A DNA stretch of 63,997 nt, the filler included, from Candidatus Hydrogenedentota bacterium (GTDB taxonomy: Bacteria; JBFMHD01), in the NCBI GenBank assembly GCA_040752395.1. It is 7 parts of 7 records of this genome, joined end to end, with 100 filler letters (N's around TTAATTAATTAA, not from the genome) between each part and the next. Parts side by side here need not be neighbours in the genome. Positions count along the whole stretch, not along the records: positions 29,441 to 36,771 come from JBFMHD010000140.1; positions 36,872 to 44,102 come from JBFMHD010000141.1; 5 more parts are not named here. One strand, 5' to 3'. How positions within the stretch are numbered: position 1 is the stretch's first letter; each line of letters begins with the position of its first letter. A model generated the notes under the pieces. It was not told where the DNA came from. It worked only from the letters and a program-made list of their open reading frames with translations, and did not search any database. A program made the translations under genes and the position numbers. Of the stretch, positions 29,631 through 40,451 are shown piece after piece.

Positions 29631-32600
29631 TCATTGTTTTATCACTGCTATTGGTTTAGTTATAATTTGTGTCGATGTTCCTCGAACAATCTCAAGACGG
29701 TAGATATAAAGACCGCTACCCACAAATCTACCTGCATTGTTATCTGCAAACCAGGTTATGTTGTTACCTGAATTCTGATGATATTCAAACGCAAGTTTGC
29801 CAGATAAAGTATGGATGTATAAATGTATAGCTGTTATGGTTGCTGGATTATCAAATGAAAATGTAGTGCCATTTTCCGGTGTTACTGGATTATTTGATAT
29901 ATATACTCTCACAGCAGTAGAGCCAGCTCCCATAAGCGTGAATAAACCTAAATGATTAACTGAAGCTGTTATTATATTATTTATAACATTAACCGAGCTT
30001 ACCTCCTCAATCCATTCATAACCATTATAGTAATATATTTTTAAATCAGCCTCTGCTACTTGATTGCCGTACTGGTCTATTAAATCATTATGGGTATATG
30101 GTATAGCTATGGTTACCGGTCTTTGAAGCTGGATATTAGAAGGGGTGAATTTTCTTGTTACCTTTATTGTTCGCTGTGTGTTATCACTTACCGGCGGGAT
30201 AGAACTAATATCAGGAATAGTTATTGTGACAAGTGTCTGATCAGTAAAAGCGCCAACTGGCGCTGAAATATAGGTACTATCCTGGGCATATAAAGTGCCA
30301 CCAGAAGGCCCGAGATAACCGCTTGCCTCAGGCTTTAGATAATAAATATTTATACTTAAAGTCGTACTATTACCTGCTTCATCACGCGCTATACAAGTTA
30401 AAGTATTTGTACCTGGTTTTAAATCTGCAAGTATGGTGATAGTTTCACCAGGATTACCTCCATAGACCTGACCTGCTACAAGTTCACTTGAAAAAAGAAT
30501 CTCAATAGCATTAGAATCATTTACAATAATATCGAGTTGTACTTTATCACTAAAAACCTGGTTTTGATATTGATACGAGACTGTTTCGGGCGATAAAGTA
30601 ACACTCCCGAATGATGGCGGAAGAGTATCAACAATAATATATACCGAGGCTGAGCCTGTATTACCCGCAATATCTGTAACAGTAAGAGTTATCGTATTCC
30701 CACCATCTCTTATGCCGCTATCAATCCCAACGTAAAAATCAAACGGCTCCACCATCTCGTTCCAGGAACCGTCAAGCGGAGATGCACTCGAGTTCATGTT
30801 TACAAAACTGTTTATCACATTAACATTCATACTGCTAAGATTTACAGCCACATCCTGGGCATAACCTTTAATATTTATATTTGTATAATTTAAAATGCTG
30901 TTATTGGAGGGTGAATTAATGACTACGATAACCTGTGCACGTGCTACCTGGAAATTTACAATGAGTAGATTGCTAAAATTGCCGTATGTATCATTACTGA
31001 TAATGAATAAAGAATGGTTCTCATTTGATAAACCTGAGGTTCTCACAACCGTGGTTCCGAGAGTAATCGAGCCAAAAACAGCTTTTGAGTCAAACCCTGT
31101 ATCCTGACCAGGATATGCATCAATAGTATATTGTATAGTGTCCACAGGGAAAGAATAATCCTCGATTTTAACAACTATTAATAAAGTATCAGTTGCAGGA
31201 TCAGGATTTTTGAGTAACAGAGTTATGGTTCCGCCTGTTTGAAAGACTGTAAAGTTTCTTGAAGCTACATTACTCCAGTTACCAAGAGTGTCCACACCCG
31301 CAACATATAATGTGTGATTGCCCTGTAATAGAGTTCTTACAATAATTTGAGCAGTACCATAAGTGGTGACCCCACTTACTACCCACGTATCGAAAATAAC
31401 AGCCGTGCCCGGATAAGCATCAAGATAGTAATAAATAGTATCTATCGGGAAATCATTATCAGTTATACTCACAATGACAGTTATAGAATCCGGTGCAGGA
31501 TCAGGTGTTAGAGAGATTATAGTCATTGTACCGCCACTCTGTGAGACTGTAAAAGACTGAGTGACTACATTGCTTGTTTCACCCGCGGTATCTACTGCAA
31601 GAGCGTAAAGTGTATGATTACCCTGACTTAGACTCAAAACATTCACTATTGAGGTACCAAAAGTGATGGTGTCTGCTGGAAGAACAGGAACTATTGTATC
31701 AATGCCATACGCGGTGGATGGATAAGCATCTATATAATACAAAATTGTATCAATAGGATAAGAATAATCATAAACCATAAAAACTATTAGAAATGAATCT
31801 GCACTTGGGTCTGGAGTAGGCGGAGTAGAAACAACGATACAGACCCTGTTTTTTAGCTCAACAAAGGTCTTTTGTGAGACAGAATTGCCAGCAGTATCAT
31901 AAACTGTTATATTAACTTGATACACACCATTGGGACGGGAATTAGCAAGACTGATGTAATAAGTTATTGTTCCACCATTATTAACTGCTTGATAAGTATC
32001 CATTGTCTCAGAGAACATTGAATCAAGATTAGAGAAATCACCCTCAATCCGTGCTAAAGCCCCGGTATTCGTAACTGAGATAATCACAGTCTCGCCATTT
32101 CTGTAATTAGCCTGTAGAACAGTTAAGGTTGGTGTATCAGGCGGTGTGTTATCAAGTGCTACAAAAATAATAATACTATCACTGTTAAAAGCAGCATCTC
32201 GTAAAAGTATTATAAGATAATATGTCTCAGCATCAGGATTAGCATTATTCTGCGAAATTTTATAATAAATGGTGCACCCATTTGTGCCCTTGTTTATTAC
32301 AGAATCACCAGGATATAAAGAATCTATGGTCGCTTGTTCTATTGATACTGTAAGCGGACTTGAATCAGACCCGTATGAGATAAAAATACTGATCGTTTCG
32401 CCATCTCTATATATTGTATCAGCATCAAGAATTGTGTAGCCTGTGATATCAGGTGGTGTACTGTCAAACTGAACTATTGCGATCTGCGAATCAATAAGAG
32501 AACCACCATTATAAACAAGCACTTTAATCTGGATATAAGGTGAATCCGAAGCCTGATTTAAATTGCTTATTGTATGTTCATAACAATATACCGCATCGCT

Positions 32601-35600
32601 AGGTCTCGTATCACCGAGACCACCAGTATCACTTAATTGTATAGTATCAGATTTTGTAGTATCGAGATTTACGAATGTGGTTGTATCAATAACAACATAT
32701 AAACCAGGTCCGTAACCATAATATCTAATATAAACGCTATCTCCATTCTTGAACACAGTATCCCCATCACTCCCGATAATAATAAAGCTACTATCAGGAG
32801 TATTTGAATGATATTTAGTATCCCAGCCGATATTTCCAGCTTTATCTGCTATCTGGACTGTTATATAAGGATCTCCTGAAACGCCAGATGGAACATTAAC
32901 AATCGCTGAGTCAACTGTTCCATAAGTATCGCTAATACTATTATAATTTAATGTAGCAGCATTGATACCATCGATCTTAACTGAGACAGGTGACAGATTC
33001 GCGATACCTGATAATGTATCTGAGGCATATATTGACATCGTAACGATTTGACCGGCTGCAACAACTCCTGAAAGACCTGTAATAATAATACGTGGACGAG
33101 TTATATCTACATTCAGAGTTACAGTATCAACACCTGAGATACCACCCTCATCAGTTATGCGAACGCTTACAGAAATAACACCCTCTGTATAAGAACTACT
33201 CGATAGTATCACAACACCGCTACATTGACCTATACCTGTAACACTATCACCTGTATATCTAATCGTATGATAGGTATCATAAGGTATAATTGACCCATTC
33301 CCTGTAACAGTTGCAGATTCACCATTAGGTATGATTGTTTGTGTTCCGTAATCAGTAACTGAACATAAAAACCAGATGGGATAATCAAGCGGTACCCATT
33401 CATTATCAACTGGTGTTAGTATTGTTAAAGTAATCTGATTAGAACTCTGATAGAATATCGTAATAAAAGTATCAGTAATAGGTCCTGTGTTTAATGCGTT
33501 ATCTGCAATCGAATCGGTCTTAATAAGAAAAGTATAAACACCCTGTGTGTCAGTATCCTTCACTCTATATATAGCTCTCCACATCCCGTTACTGCCTGTG
33601 TAATAAATAGTTACAGGTGTTGTATCAATTGCTGAGGTTGTGTCATCTGGGTTTATTGGTTTGATTATTAATATAGTATCTGTGGTATCAGTATTTTCTT
33701 GATTTGTAACAATTTGGCCTGTCTCATAAATATATGTTAATTTAAAATCAAGAATAATCTGGTTTGAGTCAGCAGGTGCAAGATATGAGATAGATGTACT
33801 TAATTGGGATACCACAATTTTTGCTGTGTCTATTTGAACCATATCAAATGGCGGGTTAACAGGGAAAGAATCTACATCATTTGTATTGCCATAAGGGTCT
33901 ATTAAACTATTTGTCTCAATCTGTATGTCATAGCTCGTGGCTTCTGTATCATACCGTGTATAAAGTGGTAATCGAAAAGTACTATCAGTAGCAATAATAG
34001 TTGGATTATATACAATATATGTATAGGTATCTTCTCCACCATTTTTTATTAGTTGTATAGTAATCTGGCTGAGATTAGTAACCGTATCTCCTGTGGGATA
34101 AAATGCGCGGACCCGAACATAAATCGTATCAGTTCGCTGTATCGGTGAATCTTCAACATAAACCGTATCTATCTCAATAGATGCTGTATCAAGCAGTACA
34201 CTATCACTAAAATTAACCCAGGAACTGATAAGAGACGTATCACCTGAGTACGGGAAATAAGGTCGAGAATCTGTTATAGAGAAGGTCTCTATTATAAGTG
34301 CATAATATCCTGAGGTATCAGAGATAGAAGTCGCAAAAGCAAATCTAATCAATGTATCACCAGGCCCGATTGAGGTATCGCCATAACTGAAAATAACAGT
34401 TGTTTCACCTGCACCACCAAGATGGCGCATTATTAGTATCGCTGTATCGATTACACCAAGATAGGTCCCATCAACAAAACGTAAAGCCACACCAACCCAT
34501 ACTGTGTCACCTTTCTCTACACTCTCTGAATCAAAATAGATGTCAGCTATATACCAGCCTGATAAATGTGTTGAATCAGATGAAGTATCTGTGAGGTATA
34601 AAGTACCGTCATACGAATCACTTATTAAATTAGCAGGGAATACAAGGATGAAATAGCCAGGGGAATCAAAACGCGTGGTATTAAAAACTATTATAAAAGT
34701 ATCAGAGTTTGTCCCTGTTTCAAGATAATTATTAGTAGATACTATTTTATAATCAGGTGTATCAGGAACTGGTGTAATCGGCACAAGATATATATAAGCG
34801 GTATCAAGTACTCTGACATTTATATCTGTCCCGCCAGGTGTACCAAGACCATTTGTATCATATCTCGCTTCAAAATATGCATAAACGTCACCCGTGATAC
34901 CAGTATCAAGAGTTATGAATCCTGAATCAAAAATAATAATCGGCACATAAACATAAACACTATCGCTTGAAAAAGTTTGAGTTAGAGGGCCTGTATTAGT
35001 ATTATTGAGTGGTAATCCTGGATAAGTATCAGCTATCGCACCGGTTTCTATAAGTATTCGCCAGTATGAAGTTTTTGTGTCAAGCCAGGTTATAATAAAA
35101 AGAACATAGGTATCGTTATTAATCTGGGTATCCATACCAGTTGGCTGCTGTGGATCAAATGTATGAATAGTTGAATCACCCGGGTTTTGTACGTTCTGTA
35201 GATATACAGTTAAGGTATCTAAATTCAAGACAGGAACAGGTGTTGAATCAGGATACAGAAGCCGCATCGTGACTTTTACAAAATTAGTCTTTATTACTGA
35301 ATCAGCACCTGTGTTAGAATCAGAAAGCGTAATATCAACAGGTATTATATAAGCAGGTAGTATTGTCACAGTGTCCCAACCAAGAGTAAGGGTATCGTTT
35401 TGAGGCCCTTCTGCTACCTTATTACCACCAGGCTCTGATTTGAAGGAATTTGCTCTAATATATAATATATAATCCCCGGTCGGCGTATCAACATCAGTAA
35501 AGAAATAAAAAGTATATACTCCATCAGAGCTTGAAACATCTGTTAAAGATTGTGAATAGATAGTGTCAGATGTTCCTGGTCTTGCAAGCATCAGTGTATA

Positions 35601-36488
35601 TTGAGTTGTTAAAAGCGTAACAGGGTTTTGCTCTGCGTTAACAAGTTTAACTGAAACCGTGATGGTCTCTGTTCTATAGACCTGAGACTGGACTATATTC
35701 ATTGAATCAACATTGATGATTTGTTTCAGGACAGCATCTACTGATTGGCCGTCAATTTTATTACTGCCATTACTATAATCATTAACAGCTGCTTTGTCTC
35801 TACTTAAAGTAATATATCTTGAATCATCATTAATTGTATATCCGAAATCAGCGACAGGCGCTGTTGAGATTTCTTCATCGAGAAATATAATAAGTGCATA
35901 ACCAAGTGTATCAGTTTTTTGCAATCCGCTCAGGCTATCAGTAAGTGTAACAGTACAGCCACCTACTGGTGACCGCTTATTTGCATCAGTGAAACTGCTA
36001 AAACCACGGATATCAAACGCTATGTCTGCAGAAGAATGGTTCAGGATTTGTAAATATTTGGTATCAACAGCTGAAGAAGTAAAATATGCAACAATGGTCC
36101 ATGTCTCTATGCCTGGTAAATCAGATGCATTACCATCAGGCTGAAAATCCTCATCACCGCCACCAATAATCCCGCCTCCTGTGGCACGATAAATTATCGC
36201 TGAATCGCCTTGAATAGTTGTAGTCTCCTCAACGGCCCATCCAGCAGGCGGCGCTATATCACCTGTAAAATCTATACTTCCTGTTTTTGGGGCGATTATA
36301 ACTATTCTTGTACAAGCATTCGTACCATTATTTAGCACATTAATTGATACTAAATTATTGCTATTAACAGGGACGTAGAGTAGACGCGAGTAATTAGTTG
36401 CATCAACACTGATTGTATCCGCAGAATATAGAGGTATTGTTAGCAAAAGGGTTATAGAGATACAGATGAATAGTCTCTTTATACTCAA
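29631..36488 (-). CDS. Giant secreted beta-rich (Ig-like) surface protein with a T9SS-CTD/FlgD-Ig-like C-terminus
   Basis: Signal peptide; recurring D.AGN and D.TPP Ig-like motifs; C-terminal NNPVTP...IHTLSGKL...W.....G..V.SGLYIY...K.IAVIK. Confidence 0.85.
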   Translation of the reverse strand: MSIKRLFICISITLLLTIPLYSADTISVDATNYSRLLYVPVNSNNLVSINVLNNGTNACTRIVIIAPKTGSIDFTGDIAPPAGWAVEETTTIQGDSAIIYRATGGGIIGGGDEDFQPDGNASDLPGIETWTIVAYFTSSAVDTKYLQILNHSSADIAFDIRGFSSFTDANKRSPVGGCTVTLTDSLSGLQKTDTLGYALIIFLDEEISTAPVADFGYTINDDSRYITLSRDKAAVNDYSNGSNKIDGQSVDAVLKQIINVDSMNIVQSQVYRTETITVSVKLVNAEQNPVTLLTTQYTLMLARPGTSDTIYSQSLTDVSSSDGVYTFYFFTDVDTPTGDYILYIRANSFKSEPGGNKVAEGPQNDTLTLGWDTVTILPAYIIPVDITLSDSNTGADSVIKTNFVKVTMRLLYPDSTPVPVLNLDTLTVYLQNVQNPGDSTIHTFDPQQPTGMDTQINNDTYVLFIITWLDTKTSYWRILIETGAIADTYPGLPLNNTNTGPLTQTFSSDSVYVYVPIIIFDSGFITLDTGITGDVYAYFEARYDTNGLGTPGGTDINVRVLDTAYIYLVPITPVPDTPDYKIVSTNNYLETGTNSDTFIIVFNTTRFDSPGYFILVFPANLISDSYDGTLYLTDTSSDSTHLSGWYIADIYFDSESVEKGDTVWVGVALRFVDGTYLGVIDTAILIMRHLGGAGETTVIFSYGDTSIGPGDTLIRFAFATSISDTSGYYALIIETFSITDSRPYFPYSGDTSLISSWVNFSDSVLLDTASIEIDTVYVEDSPIQRTDTIYVRVRAFYPTGDTVTNLSQITIQLIKNGGEDTYTYIVYNPTIIATDSTFRLPLYTRYDTEATSYDIQIETNSLIDPYGNTNDVDSFPVNPPFDMVQIDTAKIVVSQLSTSISYLAPADSNQIILDFKLTYIYETGQIVTNQENTDTTDTILIIKPINPDDTTSAIDTTPVTIYYTGSNGMWRAIYRVKDTDTQGVYTFLIKTDSIADNALNTGPITDTFITIFYQSSNQITLTILTPVDNEWVPLDYPIWFLCSVTDYGTQTIIPNGESATVTGNGSIIPYDTYHTIRYTGDSVTGIGQCSGVVILSSSSYTEGVISVSVRITDEGGISGVDTVTLNVDITRPRIIITGLSGVVAAGQIVTMSIYASDTLSGIANLSPVSVKIDGINAATLNYNSISDTYGTVDSAIVNVPSGVSGDPYITVQIADKAGNIGWDTKYHSNTPDSSFIIIGSDGDTVFKNGDSVYIRYYGYGPGLYVVIDTTTFVNLDTTKSDTIQLSDTGGLGDTRPSDAVYCYEHTISNLNQASDSPYIQIKVLVYNGGSLIDSQIAIVQFDSTPPDITGYTILDADTIYRDGETISIFISYGSDSSPLTVSIEQATIDSLYPGDSVINKGTNGCTIYYKISQNNANPDAETYYLIILLRDAAFNSDSIIIFVALDNTPPDTPTLTVLQANYRNGETVIISVTNTGALARIEGDFSNLDSMFSETMDTYQAVNNGGTITYYISLANSRPNGVYQVNITVYDTAGNSVSQKTFVELKNRVCIVVSTPPTPDPSADSFLIVFMVYDYSYPIDTILYYIDAYPSTAYGIDTIVPVLPADTITFGTSIVNVLSLSQGNHTLYALAVDTAGETSNVVTQSFTVSQSGGTMTIISLTPDPAPDSITVIVSITDNDFPIDTIYYYLDAYPGTAVIFDTWVVSGVTTYGTAQIIVRTLLQGNHTLYVAGVDTLGNWSNVASRNFTVFQTGGTITLLLKNPDPATDTLLIVVKIEDYSFPVDTIQYTIDAYPGQDTGFDSKAVFGSITLGTTVVRTSGLSNENHSLFIISNDTYGNFSNLLIVNFQVARAQVIVVINSPSNNSILNYTNINIKGYAQDVAVNLSSMNVNVINSFVNMNSSASPLDGSWNEMVEPFDFYVGIDSGIRDGGNTITLTVTDIAGNTGSASVYIIVDTLPPSFGSVTLSPETVSYQYQNQVFSDKVQLDIIVNDSNAIEILFSSELVAGQVYGGNPGETITILADLKPGTNTLTCIARDEAGNSTTLSINIYYLKPEASGYLGPSGGTLYAQDSTYISAPVGAFTDQTLVTITIPDISSIPPVSDNTQRTIKVTRKFTPSNIQLQRPVTIAIPYTHNDLIDQYGNQVAEADLKIYYYNGYEWIEEVSSVNVINNIITASVNHLGLFTLMGAGSTAVRVYISNNPVTPENGTTFSFDNPATITAIHLYIHTLSGKLAFEYHQNSGNNITWFADNNAGRFVGSGLYIYRLEIVRGTSTQIITKPIAVIKQ

Positions 36489-36574
36489 ACATTAAACCTC
36501 ACGATATATTTTGACAAAAAACCAACTTATATTATTATAACTTTATAATTAAAATAAGTCAAGTTTTAGATTTA

Positions 36575-36771
36575 AAAAGATTCAAAGATTGAAATTTTTT
36601 CTGATACTTCTTACTTTCAAAGGCACAGAGGCACAGAGGCACAAAGGCACAAAGTATGAAAAGAGTCACAAGTCGCAAGTCGTGAGTCAAAACAGGACTC
36701 GAGACTCAAGACTCAAGACTCAAGACTTTTCAGCAGGCTTTGGGCTTTTGGCTCCAGCCGGCTGTAGTCCG
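36575..36771 (+). repeat. Modular heptamer-mosaic repeat at contig end
   Basis: AAAGATT, GGCACAGA/GGCACAAA, AGTCGCA/AGTCGTG, GACTCAA, CAGCCGGCTG blocks. Confidence 0.92.
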
Positions 36772-36871
36772 NNNNNNNNNNNNNNNNNNNNNNNNNNNNN
36801 NNNNNNNNNNNNNNNTTAATTAATTAANNNNNNNNNNNNNNNNNNNNNNNNNNNNNNNNNNNNNNNNNNNN
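36772..36871. other. Artificial contig-joining spacer
   Basis: N44-TTAATTAATTAA-N44. Confidence 0.97.
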
Positions 36872-37163
36872 CCAGACACACAACATTTAATATTACACTC
36901 GTTAATTCATTGAGTCTATCATCTTCGCCAGCGCTTGACATCCTCGAAAATATAGGTAAAAATCCGCTTGAAAAAGCGCCCTCGCCAAGAAGCCTCGAAA
37001 GTGTATTCGGTATCATTAACCCGATAAAAAATAAGTCCCTTAATTCCCTGCTTATAAAAAATGCTATTACCTTATCCCTTACAAGTCCGAGTATCCTTGA
37101 GATAAGTATGCCCGTACCTATTATTATACTGCTTTTAAAAGTTGACTGCGCTTCCCCTCTCAC
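36872..37163 (-). CDS. murJ: Lipid II flippase MurJ, N-terminal fragment
   Basis: SRILGLVRD, IPN.L.RLLGEGAFSSGFLP. Confidence 0.85.
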
Positions 37164-38350
37164 TCTATAGCCTCCAGAATATGCATTATCTTAATATTTC
37201 TACCATTTTTAATAACAGCTTCATTTAAAACAATTATGCATTCAATACAATTTGTTAGGATATACTCTGACTTTTCATAATTGTCTAACCTGGCTTCTGT
37301 TATTGAAAAAGCGGTATCAGGATAAGTATAGGTAAACATCCCACCACCACCGCAACAACTATCATCATTATCAATCTTTATAAAATTTTCTTTAAAAATA
37401 CTTTTTAAAACATAATATACCATGCTCTTAAGATTCTGCCCACGAACCTGATGACAAGGAAAATGATAACTCACTCTACCTGAAATCACAGGCTTTATCT
37501 CTATCCCTCTATCTATTAATATCTTCAGGTATTCCATGAAATCATAAATTTCTTTATTCAAATACTTCTTTAAATACCATGCGCAGGTTGAACAGAGTGT
37601 TATAACACAAGAAAAGTCTTGAAATGCCTCTATATTCTTGTTTTTTAATCTGTCTGATTCCCTGGTCAGTCCGCTTAAATAATGCGGAGCGCCACAACAG
37701 CTCTGCTTGCTGGTATATCCCAGCCGCTCACCAGCCTTTTCTAATATTCTGAACAATCTTATACCAAATTCAGGCTTCAAATACTCAACCATACAACCCG
37801 TAAAAAAACCTACGTCTTTCTCCTTTTTAAAACCCCTGGATGCTTGAATCTCTTTCTCCCATAATTCATTTAAGGTATAGTCCGGGATAGAAGGCAGAAT
37901 TCTATTTTTAATCAAAGGTAATGGAAATCTTAATTTTATTCCTCTATCGTCTTCTAATCTCTTACTTAATAATTTTTCAAATAGTTGATAGGATTTAAAC
38001 AAAAGTTTTGAGATATCTCTCTCTGAGATGAGCTTATAAGCAATCTTTTCAATAAAGTCTTTACCATAGTTTTCTATAATCCTTTTTCTCATTTCAATAT
38101 ATGCATTTTCTATCTCAATGCTGCGCGGACAGTTCGATGCACAGTTCATACAAAGTGTGCATTCAAATATAGATTTTAAAACTTCTTCATTAAAAGGTAT
38201 CTCTCCTTTTAAAACTTTTTCAATAAGCACAAGTTTTCCACGTGATGAAGCAAGTTCATTCAATAAAACAGCTGATACCGGGCATCCTCCTTTACACGCC
38301 CCGCATCTTACACACTGATTTACTACCTCAAGTAATTTCTCATCATCCAT
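37160..38350 (-). CDS. GlcF-like Fe-S oxidoreductase (two 4Fe-4S motifs plus CCG domains)
   Basis: CVRCGACKGGCP, CTLCMNCASNCP, FTGC, CCG x2. Confidence 0.88.
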   Translation of the reverse strand: MDDEKLLEVVNQCVRCGACKGGCPVSAVLLNELASSRGKLVLIEKVLKGEIPFNEEVLKSIFECTLCMNCASNCPRSIEIENAYIEMRKRIIENYGKDFIEKIAYKLISERDISKLLFKSYQLFEKLLSKRLEDDRGIKLRFPLPLIKNRILPSIPDYTLNELWEKEIQASRGFKKEKDVGFFTGCMVEYLKPEFGIRLFRILEKAGERLGYTSKQSCCGAPHYLSGLTRESDRLKNKNIEAFQDFSCVITLCSTCAWYLKKYLNKEIYDFMEYLKILIDRGIEIKPVISGRVSYHFPCHQVRGQNLKSMVYYVLKSIFKENFIKIDNDDSCCGGGGMFTYTYPDTAFSITEARLDNYEKSEYILTNCIECIIVLNEAVIKNGRNIKIMHILEAIE

Positions 38351-39707
38351 AAAAAATTTTACCGGGATTCATTATTAGATCAGGGTCGAATACCTGTTTT
38401 ATAGATTTAAAATATTCAAGCATATTATCACTATATCTTTTTTTCATAAACCCAGACTTTAAAAGTCCTATCCCGTGCTCCCCTGATAATGTTCCTTTTA
38501 AAAATATCGCTTTTTCAAAAATATAATTAACTAATTCTTTTGCTCTGGCAAATTCAGTAAGATTATTTTTATCAGTCATTATATTGAGATGTAAATTTCC
38601 ATCGGCGATATGGCCAAAAATACACAATAGGACTTCCTTGTTCTTTGCATATTCCTGAACATCGTTGATATAATTTTTTAATTCGCTGCGGGGAAGACAG
38701 ACGTCTTCATTGATCTTTGTTGGTTTGAGTTTGAAAAGTATTGGTGAAACGCTCTTTCTCGCTATCCATATCCTTTCAATCTCATCCTCTTCTGTGCCTG
38801 TAGTATAGTTAATAACATCAAAACCCTGTAACTCTTCCTCTATGAGCCTTTTCCCTCTCTCAACTTCATTCTGTCCACCATCTACCTCAATAAGAAGTAA
38901 CGAAGAATCTCTCGCTTGAGATTCTATCATTTTATCATTAATCAGCAGGTTCACAATCTCAGGACCTATATACTCGCACGCTGTAATATTATCAGTTTTT
39001 AATAGAAGCCCATTAACAAAATTAATAGAGTCTCCTATTGATTTAAAATAAACCTGCGCAACAATTTTCTTTTCTGGCGGTATCAGTAATTTCAGGTATA
39101 TTTTAGTTACTATTCCAAGCGTTCCCTCAGACCCGATTATTAAATCTTTTATCGAATAGCCAGCTGTCTCTTTAGAAAATTTACCACCTAATATTTCCTT
39201 TATGCCGCCCGGGAATACAACCTCAAGTCCTGCGACGTATCTGCGTGTGGTACCATATTTAACTGTCCTTAAACCGCCTGCATCTGTATTAACATTCCCA
39301 CCGATTGTGCAGAAATCAAGACTCGATGGTTCGGGTGGATAGAATAAATTCTCTTTTAAAAGATTCTTTCTCAATATCCCTGTTATTACACCAGCTTCAC
39401 TAATCACAATTTTATTTTTTTTATCCACTTCTAATATTTTATTCATTTTTTCAAGCGATAAAACAATACCGCTGTTTTTGGGGACAGCACCACCAACAAA
39501 CCCGCTACCAGCCCCTCGAGGGTATAACGGTATTTTAAACTCTTTTACTAATTTTGATATTTCAATGACTTCATTCGTATCCTCGGCAAATACCACAAAA
39601 TCCGGCCTAAACTCTACCCCTGAGGCATCATAAGAATAACCTATTCTAATCTCTGTGTTTGTGTAGACATTTTTTGTTATAGAACTTAGTTTTTTTTCAA
39701 TATCCAT
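38343..39707 (-). CDS. GlcD-like FAD-linked oxidase (glycolate/D-lactate dehydrogenase family)
   Basis: PRGAGSG, GSEGTLG, GHIADGNLH, GEHGIG, MNPGKI. Confidence 0.9.
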   Translation of the reverse strand: MDIEKKLSSITKNVYTNTEIRIGYSYDASGVEFRPDFVVFAEDTNEVIEISKLVKEFKIPLYPRGAGSGFVGGAVPKNSGIVLSLEKMNKILEVDKKNKIVISEAGVITGILRKNLLKENLFYPPEPSSLDFCTIGGNVNTDAGGLRTVKYGTTRRYVAGLEVVFPGGIKEILGGKFSKETAGYSIKDLIIGSEGTLGIVTKIYLKLLIPPEKKIVAQVYFKSIGDSINFVNGLLLKTDNITACEYIGPEIVNLLINDKMIESQARDSSLLLIEVDGGQNEVERGKRLIEEELQGFDVINYTTGTEEDEIERIWIARKSVSPILFKLKPTKINEDVCLPRSELKNYINDVQEYAKNKEVLLCIFGHIADGNLHLNIMTDKNNLTEFARAKELVNYIFEKAIFLKGTLSGEHGIGLLKSGFMKKRYSDNMLEYFKSIKQVFDPDLIMNPGKIFYG

Positions 39708-39765
39708 ATCTGTGAACTCCTGTCTCTTATTTATATTTATTATCCCACTACGCTGCTGAAAAACT

Positions 39766-40398
39766 CTATAACTTTATCTCGTGCTTCTTTAATAATTTTC
39801 TTGCATCTTCAATTTTACAGATAAAATTCTTACTTAAAATATTATATACTTTTTTTTTAACCCTTTCTGGTTTATCCATCGATTTAAGCTCATTTCTTAT
39901 AATCTCACATATCTTTATATATTTACCCCACTTTTTATCAAACACCTTTTCAATATCCTGTCTTACTTTTTTGGTTATAAAGGGTGTTTTACCACTTGTA
40001 GAGATAGCTATAAGTAAATCTCCCCTTTTTACAACAGCAGGTACAATAAAATTACAGTATTGTGGGCTATCAACGACATTTAACAATATCTTTTCTCTAT
40101 CACATTTTTCATACAATCTTTTGTGTAACTTAATATCATCTGTTGCGTCAATAACCATAAATACATCTTTTCTTAAATCTTTGAACCTTGCTTTTCTCTG
40201 AATAGTCTTTATATTGTACTTATTACAGAGATTTTTTAGCTTCTTAATATACTTTTGTGAGATTAAAGTTATATTTGCTTTACAATAGAGCAAATTTTTA
40301 AGTTTTCGAAAAGCCACATCACCCCCACCAATAATTAATATATTTTTATCTTTCAAATCCAGGATTAGAGGATACAAACTACAGATAGAATTTTTCAT
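39766..40398 (-). CDS. Precorrin-2 dehydrogenase / sirohydrochlorin ferrochelatase (SirC/Met8/CysG-N)
   Basis: IIGGGDVA.RK, NVVD.P..C.F..PA, AISTSGK.P. Confidence 0.88.
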   Translation of the reverse strand: MKNSICSLYPLILDLKDKNILIIGGGDVAFRKLKNLLYCKANITLISQKYIKKLKNLCNKYNIKTIQRKARFKDLRKDVFMVIDATDDIKLHKRLYEKCDREKILLNVVDSPQYCNFIVPAVVKRGDLLIAISTSGKTPFITKKVRQDIEKVFDKKWGKYIKICEIIRNELKSMDKPERVKKKVYNILSKNFICKIEDARKLLKKHEIKL

Positions 40399-40451
40399 AC
40401 ATTATTCTTATTATATTCCAAAATTTCTTACAATTATTATTTTTTCAAAAG

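Noticed and set aside
29389-29634. ORFs lying over repeat DNA (29389-29634, 36589-36819, 42635-42883, 45778-46002, 57373-57609, 63743-63985, and the 5' extensions of 57734 and 18290)
   Set aside because: They are translations of heptamer units (e.g. RLRATDYSRLE, SCFLL) with no SD or family motif; treated as spurious
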